DNA of 30,478 bases from a virus. Lineage: Duplodnaviria; Caudoviricetes. Numbering within the stretch: the first letter of the stretch is position 1; every line of letters starts with the position of its first letter. The stretch spans positions 1 to 30,478 of IMG/VR virus record IMGVR_UViG_3300037420_001183; one strand, written 5' to 3'. The notes under the pieces were generated by a model. It was not told the DNA's origin, ran no database searches, and worked only from the letters and a program-made list of their open reading frames with translations. Shown here piece by piece: positions 23,853 to 30,478 of the stretch. The translations under genes were made by a program, and so were the position numbers.

Positions 23853-24703
23853 CGTTCGACGCCGACGAATTCTCGAAGCAGTCGGGTCAGCCGGTCGAAT
23901 ACATCGACATCGCGTTGCCGATGGAGACCTATCACATCGCCTGCGGCAATCGAGACCTCGTGATCGGAAGCACGTTGTACAAAGCCATCCCGGCCAGGCG
24001 CTCGCCGATCGAGGTTCCGCAGCCTGCCGCGGACAAGCAACTCACGATCTCGCTGCCGGTCGATCACGATGTCGTGCGCCGATGGCTTCAGCTCGGTGTG
24101 CCGCCGCGGTCGGTGCCCGTCACGCTCTGGCGGATGCAGCAGCGTTCGCAGGTGTCCGAGCAGATCTGGAAGGGTGTCGTGCTCTCCCTGGCCGTCGACG
24201 ACACGGGAAGCACGGCGACGCTCAACTGCCAGGGGATGGGCGTCTACCAGATGAACAAGTACCTGCCGACGGTGAGCGCGCTGCGCACGTGCCCGCGCAC
24301 GCTGTACGACGGACGCTGCCGCGTCGATCGCGACTCGTTCAAGGTCACGGCGACCGCGCTTGCGATCAACGGCAGGACGGTGCGCGTGGATATGGGGTCT
24401 CTTTCGCGCGGTGGCACGTGGGCCGAGCTTGGCGAGTTCTTCCACGTCGCGAGCGGCGAGCGCATGACGATCGCCGAGCAGGCCGACGAGGCTCCTGGCG
24501 TCACGACGTATGCCGTGCTCACGCTCCAACTGCCGATACCGGAGCTTCGACTCGGGGACGCGGTCCTCGTCTACGCGGGTTGCAAGAAGGACATCACGAC
24601 GTGCCGGGACAAGTTCACCAACCAGGTGAACTTCGGCGGCATGCCGAATCTGCCGAAGAAGACGATGTTCGGCCTCGACCACTTCGGCATCTGGGAGGAC
24701 TGA
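23849..24703 (+). CDS. baseplate hub protein, DUF2163/phage BR0599 family
   Basis: GTG 23849 (GTGA overlap); CPRTLYDGRC and YAGCKKDITTCRDKFTNQVNFGGMP. Confidence 0.9.
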   Translation: MTFDADEFSKQSGQPVEYIDIALPMETYHIACGNRDLVIGSTLYKAIPARRSPIEVPQPAADKQLTISLPVDHDVVRRWLQLGVPPRSVPVTLWRMQQRSQVSEQIWKGVVLSLAVDDTGSTATLNCQGMGVYQMNKYLPTVSALRTCPRTLYDGRCRVDRDSFKVTATALAINGRTVRVDMGSLSRGGTWAELGEFFHVASGERMTIAEQADEAPGVTTYAVLTLQLPIPELRLGDAVLVYAGCKKDITTCRDKFTNQVNFGGMPNLPKKTMFGLDHFGIWED

Positions 24704-26340
24704 TGCTCGTCGGACTCATCGCAGGCGGAATCGTCGTCGGCGACTTCATTTACCACCGCTGGTTCGATACGCCCGACAAGCCGCCTCCGCAGCCGGTGCC
24801 GACGCCCGAGACAAATGAGGGCTCGGTCGTGCCGTTGGTCTACGGCAAGGTGAAGCTCAACAAGCCGATCCTTGCGTGGTTTGAGTCGCCACAGACGTTC
24901 GTTCCCGTCGGCGGCATCCATGACGGGCAGACGATCTACTCCGCCAACATGTTTTGGGTGCTTGGGATTCCGTTCAGCACCGACGATCGACTCGATCGCA
25001 TCAACAACATCTGGGCCGGTGACCTGAAGCTGCAACCGCAGTTCCCGCCAGTGACCGACGGCGGCCCGTCGTTCGTCACGCTCCCCGACCTCGACGGCGA
25101 CGGGAACTTCGAGGACACGAACCGGCATCGGTGCGAGGTCAAAGGGGTCACCAGCATCGACGCGAACATCTTCGTCGGCGGCTGGGTCGAGTTCCTCAAC
25201 GGCAAGTCGACGCAGCTCATTGTCGATCCGGCGTCGTCGTATGCCCCGACGACGAAGGCTGGCGACTTCATGACGACGGTGCTCGGCACGCCGCCGAACA
25301 ACTTTCAGGGCGACGTCGATAAGACGCTGTGCCCGGGCTATCGCGGCTACTTGAGTTGCCTCTTCTACAACGACTCGTACACATCCTTCTCGCCCAACAA
25401 CAATCACTGGGTGTTCGGCCTGACGCCGCAGGTGCAGACTTACTCGTTCGAAGTCAGTTCGTATGTGTACAGCTTCGATGCGAGCGCGTGGCCTGCGGTG
25501 TGGCCGTACAGCCGTGTCGGCGACGACTCGAATCCTGCCAACGTGATCTTCGACCTGCTCACCGGCGATGGCGCCGATGGCAAGCTCGGCCAGGATCCTT
25601 CAACCATCGACATCACGAGCTTTCGCGACGCTGCGCACACATTGTTCACCGAGGGGCACGGCTATTCGCGTGCGCTCGATCAGGCGAAGCCAGCACGCGA
25701 CCACATCAACGACATCCTCAAGCAGATCGACGGTGCGCTTTCGTTCGACGTCGCAACCGGCCAGTGGGTGCTCAAGCTCGTCCGCAACGACTACAACCTC
25801 GCCGACTGCCCCGAGATCACGAGGGCGAACTGTAAGGGACTGCGGGGGTTCGCGAGCGGAGGCTGGCTCGACCGACCAAACCGCATCCTGATCGAATGGA
25901 CGGACCGTGCGAACGACTACATCGTCGCGACCGCGCCATCGTCGAACCAAGCGCTCTCGACGGCAACGCTTGACGGCGGCATCCGTGAGCAGACGGTTCA
26001 GATGCTCGGCATCTGCGACCCGACGCTCGCACACAACTGCGCAGAGCGCGAGCTCGCCGCGACCAGCCGGCCGCTGATGAAGCTCACGGCGCTGATGGAT
26101 CGCTCGGCTCTGCGATGGAAGATCGGCGACGTCGTCAAGCTGACCTGGAGCAAGCCGGACATCGCCGGCCTGCCGTTCCGCGTGGCGAACATCAACCGAG
26201 GCGCGCTCGATGACGGCACGATCGCGGTGGACCTGATCCAGGACTTCTACTTCACGTGGCGCGACTTGCCGCCCGAGAATCCGGGCTTCGGCGGTCACAC
26301 GATCGACGGACTCGAGGGGTTGTCGCTCGGCGGCGGCTAG
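24703..26340 (+). CDS. tail tip / central hub protein (Phage-tail_3, gpJ-like)
   Basis: ATG 24703 (TGATG); EGSVVPLVYG, PGYRG, DSNPANVIFDLLT, IDITSF..AA..LF.EG, LKLVRNDY, IGDVVKL; 545 aa. Confidence 0.88.
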   Translation: MLVGLIAGGIVVGDFIYHRWFDTPDKPPPQPVPTPETNEGSVVPLVYGKVKLNKPILAWFESPQTFVPVGGIHDGQTIYSANMFWVLGIPFSTDDRLDRINNIWAGDLKLQPQFPPVTDGGPSFVTLPDLDGDGNFEDTNRHRCEVKGVTSIDANIFVGGWVEFLNGKSTQLIVDPASSYAPTTKAGDFMTTVLGTPPNNFQGDVDKTLCPGYRGYLSCLFYNDSYTSFSPNNNHWVFGLTPQVQTYSFEVSSYVYSFDASAWPAVWPYSRVGDDSNPANVIFDLLTGDGADGKLGQDPSTIDITSFRDAAHTLFTEGHGYSRALDQAKPARDHINDILKQIDGALSFDVATGQWVLKLVRNDYNLADCPEITRANCKGLRGFASGGWLDRPNRILIEWTDRANDYIVATAPSSNQALSTATLDGGIREQTVQMLGICDPTLAHNCAERELAATSRPLMKLTALMDRSALRWKIGDVVKLTWSKPDIAGLPFRVANINRGALDDGTIAVDLIQDFYFTWRDLPPENPGFGGHTIDGLEGLSLGGG

Positions 26341-26660
26341 TCGCACTCGTAGAACTTGACCACTGCATCGCTTCCGCCGCTTGCGTAGCAACAGCCGTGA
26401 ACGCCGTCGAGATCGACCGTACTCGAACACTCAACCTGATCACCGTCACGCGGATCGGTGGCCATGCACGCGCTACCGACGGGGTCTCCGGGGCCGGGAG
26501 GGTTAGGACGGGGCTCGCATGCGGATTCGCACTGCGTGATCTGGGCCGATCCCACGGAAGGGTAGTCGTTGCAGCTCACGAGTTGATGCCGGTCGTCCCC
26601 GCCTCCGCCACCACACGCCGCCACCAGAACGTACACCGCTGCGAGAAGAACTGACTTCAT
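26337..26660 (-). CDS. Cys-rich lipoprotein (antisense moron)
   Basis: Signal peptide with lipobox VAA-C, Gly linker and 8 further Cys; stop overlaps the tail tip stop (CTAG). Confidence 0.8.
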   Translation of the reverse strand: MKSVLLAAVYVLVAACGGGGGDDRHQLVSCNDYPSVGSAQITQCESACEPRPNPPGPGDPVGSACMATDPRDGDQVECSSTVDLDGVHGCCYASGGSDAVVKFYECD

Positions 26661-26696
26661 GCGTCAGAGGGTAAGCACGCGCGTCCGACGACGCAA
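26661..26696 (-). promoter_or_regulatory. sigma70-like promoter for the lipoprotein, leaderless
   Basis: Minus strand reads TTGCGT-N17-TACCCT-N7-ATG. Confidence 0.65.
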
Positions 26697-26716
26697 ATCG
26701 CGCGCGGCGTGCTCGA

Positions 26717-26756
26717 AATCGACCCGTCGCGCCGGTCGAGGCGAGCCTGTTCGAGA
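26717..26756 (+). promoter_or_regulatory. late-promoter motif copy 8 (leaderless)
   Basis: AATCGACCC 26717-26725; CGAGCCT at 26742; ATG at +39. Confidence 0.78.
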
Positions 26757-27193
26757 TGGCGCCCCGGGACCGCGATGTACTCGTCCGCAAGGATACGCCC
26801 GTGGGAGGCCTCGCCGTCCCGCACCACGTCGCCGAGCCCGGTACGGGCGTCGTCGAAGGCGAGGCGCTCCGGCAGGTTCGCGAGAGCCGCCCGCCGAGCG
26901 AGCGCATGGCTCACCTCGAGCTGCGCGTCGATGGCGTCGTCGCGGACCTCGGCGAGATCAAGGGAGACATCGGCGAGCTCCGGGGCGACGTCCACGGCAT
27001 CAAGGGCATGCTCGAGCGCGACCTCGAGGAGCGACGGGCCGAGCGTCAGGCGCGCCTTCAGACCGAGACGAACCAGGTCGGGCTCGAGAAGGTCCGGCTC
27101 AACAGCCGCGCGAAGATCATCCTCGGCATCCTCGGCGTCATCAGCGCGGCGATTGGCGGCGCAATCACCCTGCTCGCGAAGGCGCTGTCGTGA
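26756..27193 (+). CDS. coiled-coil protein with C-terminal TM helix (holin/antiholin-like)
   Basis: Heptads LELRVDGVVADLGEIKGDIGELRGDV; TM IILGILGVISAAIGGAITLLA. Confidence 0.65.
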   Translation: MAPRDRDVLVRKDTPVGGLAVPHHVAEPGTGVVEGEALRQVRESRPPSERMAHLELRVDGVVADLGEIKGDIGELRGDVHGIKGMLERDLEERRAERQARLQTETNQVGLEKVRLNSRAKIILGILGVISAAIGGAITLLAKALS

Positions 27194-27690
27194 AGGGCTC
27201 GATCGACGACGAGTTCCGGGACGTCGACACGGCGGAGATCGCGCCGCTGGTCACGGGCGCGCCGGGCGCCGGTGGCAGCGGCGCGCGCAGCCTCGCCGAG
27301 ACGATCGAGCACATGGGGATCGCCGAGTTTCTGGCCCAGCGTGAGCGCAGTCTCGACGCGGAAAGCAAGGCTCGCCACGAAGACCGCATCGAGCTGACGA
27401 AGCGGCTCGAATCGCTGACCGGAGAGATGCGCGACGGCTTCGATCTCCTCGGCAAGCAGTTGCTGCCGGTCGTCACGAAGCTCGACGAGCGCGTGGCCAG
27501 CCACACCAAGCAGCTCGCCGAGCACACCAAGCTCCTGTTCGCGCTCGGCGACCGCCAGAACGAGATCGTCGAGCGCCAGCAGCAGATGGAGGCGCGGCTC
27601 GACATGGTCGAGCGCGAGCTCGCGGGGAAAGCGGTCGAGCCGCTGCCCACCAAGAAGGTTCAACGCCCGAAGAGGGCGAGGAGGAAATGA
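27190..27690 (+). CDS. coiled-coil hypothetical protein
   Basis: GTG 27190 (GTGA overlap), MKGSIDDEF...; basic C-terminus. Confidence 0.7.
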   Translation: MKGSIDDEFRDVDTAEIAPLVTGAPGAGGSGARSLAETIEHMGIAEFLAQRERSLDAESKARHEDRIELTKRLESLTGEMRDGFDLLGKQLLPVVTKLDERVASHTKQLAEHTKLLFALGDRQNEIVERQQQMEARLDMVERELAGKAVEPLPTKKVQRPKRARRK

Positions 27691-28193
27691 TCATGAAGAG
27701 GCTACTGGTTTGCGCGTTCTTGGCCCTCGGTGTCTGCACTGTCACCACGCCGCTCGTCGCCGCTGATCCGCTGGGGAGCGCGACGCTCACGACCGATACC
27801 GGCTCCGCTGCGCCGGTCGCGACGCCCACACCTGCGAGCACGGGCTCGGCGGTCGCGCAGACCCCGGCGGACAAGTTGCCGAACCCCGGCGACGATCCGG
27901 CGAAGGCGCTCGATGCCGAGAAGGCCGCGTACAAGCTCGGCTGGCCGCTCGCCGTGCTCGCCGCGCTGGTCATGCTCGCCAAGCTGGCCGGGACCGCCGC
28001 GACCATCTCGTGGCTTGCCTGGCTCGGCAAGGGCAAGGCCGCGGCGATCGCTGCTGGCGTCGGCGCGGTCTCCGCGGCCGCCTTCAACGCACTCGCGCTC
28101 GGCGGCACGTGGTACGCGGCGCTGATCGCGGCCGGCGGCGTCGTGCTCCTGCTGATCAAGCCGCACGCCGAGCCGAAGCCGGCGGCCACCTGA
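27687..28193 (+). CDS. membrane protein with signal peptide and about 3 TM segments (holin candidate)
   Basis: SD GAGGAGG; N-terminal signal, Pro/Thr linker, hydrophobic C-terminal half. Confidence 0.65.
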   Translation: MIMKRLLVCAFLALGVCTVTTPLVAADPLGSATLTTDTGSAAPVATPTPASTGSAVAQTPADKLPNPGDDPAKALDAEKAAYKLGWPLAVLAALVMLAKLAGTAATISWLAWLGKGKAAAIAAGVGAVSAAAFNALALGGTWYAALIAAGGVVLLLIKPHAEPKPAAT

Positions 28194-28194
28194 C

Positions 28195-28437
28195 GTGGGC
28201 CTCCGCCTCCAGCGCCATCTCGGCGCCCTGGGCTCGATCGACCCCGGCCAGTACGCCGTCGACAAGCCGTGCATCTTCGTGAGCTGTCCGGCGTGTGGCT
28301 GCGTCGATGACATCTCGGTTACTCACGAGGTGAACATCGGAGGCGTGGTCGCGCCGCGCTGGAAGTGCCCGACGGTGACGTGCTCGTTTCACGAGTTCCT
28401 GTCGCTCGACTGCTGGAACGAGGAGCCTCGGAGTTGA
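28195..28437 (+). CDS. small Zn-finger protein
   Basis: CPACG...WKCPTVTC. Confidence 0.65.
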   Translation: MGLRLQRHLGALGSIDPGQYAVDKPCIFVSCPACGCVDDISVTHEVNIGGVVAPRWKCPTVTCSFHEFLSLDCWNEEPRS

Positions 28438-28442
28438 GTCCG

Positions 28443-28580
28443 ATGGCGAAGGACGCCGCGTCCAAGCTCGCGCAGCGCATCTACGAAGACCCGACGCGCG
28501 CGAGCGTGGAGGACGCCCGGAAGCTCGCCAGAGCGGTCCTGCTGCTCACCACCGGGCGGTTACCCGAGGTGCGGCGGTGA
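28443..28580 (+). CDS. 45-aa hypothetical protein
   Basis: MAKDAASKLAQRIYEDP...; GGAG upstream; alternative TTG start at 28434. Confidence 0.55.
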   Translation: MAKDAASKLAQRIYEDPTRASVEDARKLARAVLLLTTGRLPEVRR

Positions 28581-28690
28581 GGAGCATCGGCGCCGTTATC
28601 GTCGCCCTGGGCGTGCTGGCGTGGCTGTGGTGGCCGCGGAAGCCAGTTGCCGTCGGGCGTCGCCCTCGGACGGGGCCGCCGCGCTGGTAG
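28577..28690 (+). CDS. 37-aa single-TM microprotein (absent from the ORF track)
   Basis: SD GAGGT, GTGA overlap; MRSIGAVIVALGVLAWLWWPRKPVAVGRRPRTGPPRW; stops just before motif copy 9. Confidence 0.55.
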   Translation: MRSIGAVIVALGVLAWLWWPRKPVAVGRRPRTGPPRW

Positions 28691-28692
28691 CA

Positions 28693-28731
28693 AATCGACC
28701 CAGCTCGGCCTCGAGCGCGACCGTCGAGGCA
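28693..28731 (+). promoter_or_regulatory. late-promoter motif copy 9 (lysis cassette, leaderless)
   Basis: AATCGACCC 28693-28701; CGACCGT at 28718; ATG at +38. Confidence 0.8.
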
Positions 28732-29150
28732 TGGAGATCGCCGCGATCATCGTCCTCGCCATCGCTCTGGCCGGTGCGATCGGCGGGCTGATCTACATGG
28801 GCCGCGAGCTGGTCTCTGGACTGCGCTCGGAGCGCGCGTCGTTCGCCGCCGAGGTTCTGGCGGGCAAGGCACAGATCGCCGCTGAGAAGAACCAGGTTGC
28901 TGCCGAGAACCAGCGCGACGAAGCGCTGGCCGGGAAGGCGAAGGCCGAAGCCGAGCGCGACGCCACGAAGGCGCTGCTCGTCGCTACGCAACAGAAGCTA
29001 GCCGACGAGCTCGGCAAGAAAGGAAGCGATGCGGCTGCTCAAGTTGCTGCTGATCCTGATGCTCTGGACCGGATGCTGTCCGAAAGCGCCCGCGTGCCCG
29101 GTGGCGGTGATGCCCCCGAGGCCGCCGGCGCAGATCACGGTCACCCCTGA
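28731..29150 (+). CDS. i-spanin (Rz-like)
   Basis: N-terminal TM MEIAAIIVLAIALAGAIGGLIYM, then an Ala/Glu/Lys coiled coil; overlapped by a lipoprotein gene. Confidence 0.72.
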   Translation: MEIAAIIVLAIALAGAIGGLIYMGRELVSGLRSERASFAAEVLAGKAQIAAEKNQVAAENQRDEALAGKAKAEAERDATKALLVATQQKLADELGKKGSDAAAQVAADPDALDRMLSESARVPGGGDAPEAAGADHGHP

Positions 29151-29376
29151 CCGCCCGCCGTGCCACTTCGTCGACTGGCCGCCAATGTTCGCGCTGACCG
29201 GAACGAAGGCGCCGAGCGGCGGCGTCCTCATGCTGGCCGACGGCGGGCCGGCGGTAGCCGTGCCGAAGGGCGCGCGGCTGCTGCTGCCCGCTGACGCCGA
29301 GGCGATTGCCCGCTACGTCGCTGGGACGGCGGCCTTCTACGACGCGGTGACGCTGTGCATGCGAGGTGCGAAGTGA
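29029..29376 (+). CDS. o-spanin (Rz1-like lipoprotein)
   Basis: MRLLKLLLILMLWTG-C lipobox, Pro-rich, starts in the +1 frame inside the i-spanin gene. Confidence 0.72.
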   Translation: MRLLKLLLILMLWTGCCPKAPACPVAVMPPRPPAQITVTPDRPPCHFVDWPPMFALTGTKAPSGGVLMLADGGPAVAVPKGARLLLPADAEAIARYVAGTAAFYDAVTLCMRGAK

Positions 29377-29969
29377 CCGACGCCCCCAAGCGCCCGTGCA
29401 GCGCAGCCGAGGCCGTCCAGCGCGCGCGCGAGCTGCTCGCATCGCCGCTCAACGCCAGCGCGGCCTACGTCTTAGGCGGCGGCGACTACCGGCCGGGCTG
29501 GACATCGCCGTGGACGACGCACGGCTCGCTGCATGGCGGCGATTGCCGCGTGGCGTTCCTATGGTGCTACCGCGTGCCTGCATCGCGCCCGGGGTACAAC
29601 CACGGCGCGTGGGCCACGGTGAGCGACTGCGTGAACTACAACTCGTTGATCGAGGACTCCGACCACGCGCAGGACCTCGTCGTGCCGGCTCTGGGCGCAC
29701 CGCAGGAAGGCGACATCCTCGCGTACCCGACGATCCACCTCGACGGCAAGACGTTCATCGGGCACGGCGCCATCGTCATCGGCGTGTCGCGTGCGGTCGG
29801 CTGGGATCCGGGCCGGCCGCAGTTCCACCTGCTCGACATCATGCAGGTGAAGGGTGGCGAGGGTAGGCGACCGGCGGCCGTCGCGACGGACGGCTCGGTG
29901 TTCGACCATCATTCCGAGTTGTGGCCGAAGCCGCAGCACTGCGCGCGGCTGCTGCGCGTTAAACCGTAG
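29373..29969 (+). CDS. endolysin, NlpC/P60-CHAP-like cysteine peptidase/amidase
   Basis: GTG 29373 (GTGA overlap); YVLGGG, GDC (catalytic Cys), PQEGDILAY, GHGAIV (catalytic His). Confidence 0.78.
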   Translation: MTDAPKRPCSAAEAVQRARELLASPLNASAAYVLGGGDYRPGWTSPWTTHGSLHGGDCRVAFLWCYRVPASRPGYNHGAWATVSDCVNYNSLIEDSDHAQDLVVPALGAPQEGDILAYPTIHLDGKTFIGHGAIVIGVSRAVGWDPGRPQFHLLDIMQVKGGEGRRPAAVATDGSVFDHHSELWPKPQHCARLLRVKP

Positions 29970-29970
29970 C

Positions 29971-30243
29971 TCAGCTCGGCTCGCGGTGGTTCGTCGAGTC
30001 GCCCGGCCCGAAGCAGACGTGACCGGTGACGCCCGTGCGAGCGAGCGCGTCGAGGTCGGCGCCGCACGAAGAACAGGTGCCGCTGAGGGGAGCGCCTTCG
30101 ACCGCCAAGGCGTGCGTCGCGACGACCTCGATCGAGGTCGGTGCACTGCATCGACAGGTGCAATCCCAGTCATCGACGCCGACGCACGAACCGCCCGCGT
30201 GCAGTTCGATCGCGTGCTTGCAGTAGATGCAGCGGCTAGCCAT
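29971..30243 (-). CDS. Cys/His-rich small protein
   Basis: ATG 30243 preceded by SD AAGGAG; CIYCKH...H...C...CTCRC and CSSC...HVC; convergent with the endolysin. Confidence 0.65.
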   Translation of the reverse strand: MASRCIYCKHAIELHAGGSCVGVDDWDCTCRCSAPTSIEVVATHALAVEGAPLSGTCSSCGADLDALARTGVTGHVCFGPGDSTNHREPS

Positions 30244-30478
30244 CGCTGCGCTCCTTGCCCTCGACATTCTCGGGGTGCCGACAATCAGCCTTATGCGGAC
30301 GATCGCGCGGTTCGTTGCAGAACGGACATCCCGACCACAGCGGAGGGGGCGCGGCTCTCGCCACGACGATCTGCACGGCGTTCTCGAGAAACACGACCTA
30401 TGGCTGCGCGAGGTCGAACGGCCGATCGATCTCGGCCATCAGCCGGCCAAACAGCTCGGCATCGATAGTCACCTCGAG

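Noticed and set aside
26695-26703. AAATCGCGC just upstream of motif copy 8
   Set aside because: Only AAATCG matches; it overlaps the -35 of the antisense lipoprotein promoter, which explains the A-run.
28236-28245. GATCGACCCC, one mismatch from the promoter motif
   Set aside because: No A at +27, no T at +31 and no start codon at +37 to +39; lies mid-gene.
4133-28701. AATCGACCC copies as CRISPR repeats, att sites or invertase sites
   Set aside because: Dispersed over kilobases, 9 bp long, single orientation, fixed spacing to start codons; no cas or recombinase gene in the window.
1146-29372. Upstream-extended starts in the ORF track (1146, 6131, 10635, 11228, 23381, 24082, 26659, 28647, 29355)
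   Set aside because: The extensions overlap neighbouring genes; coupled, SD-supported or motif-supported starts at 1398, 6164, 11319, 11537, 23849, 24703, 27190, 28731 and 29373 fit better.
30244-30478. Possible promoter or attachment site at the right edge
   Set aside because: Lower GC and a short palindrome (TGGCCGATCG...), but no convincing -35/-10 pair or partner repeat within the window.

Overview
High-GC (about 70% by eye) tailed-phage or prophage late region. The lack of a sheath gene, a 741-aa tape measure and a tail-chaperone frameshift indicate a siphovirus. A myxobacterial-type Gram-negative host is inferred only from GC content, spanins and a Cys-rich lipoprotein. Order: small Zn-finger/HTH genes, TerS, TerL, portal, head-tail adaptor and closure, MuF, XkdF-type protease-scaffold, decoration protein, major capsid, neck, tail terminator, HNH endonuclease, tail tube, chaperones, tape measure, an adhesin-like cluster, distal tail, BR0599 hub, tail tip, membrane genes, spanins and a NlpC/P60-CHAP endolysin. 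The main unexplained structure is a bipartite motif, [AT]AATCGACCC[AG]-N15-C[GC]A[CG]NN(T), found nine times on the + strand plus one degenerate copy. In 7 of 9 copies it lies 37-39 nt before a start codon lacking a clear Shine-Dalgarno (SD), which suggests a phage-specific late promoter making leaderless mRNAs. One copy sits inside the protease gene and would express the scaffold alone. The two copies with leadered genes start transcription within hairpins that otherwise hide the SD. Two antisense genes have their own sigma70-like leaderless promoters back-to-back with this motif. One motif-driven gene carries a candidate Acb2/Tad1-like sponge domain. Protein family calls come from motif recognition by eye; no database searches were run.
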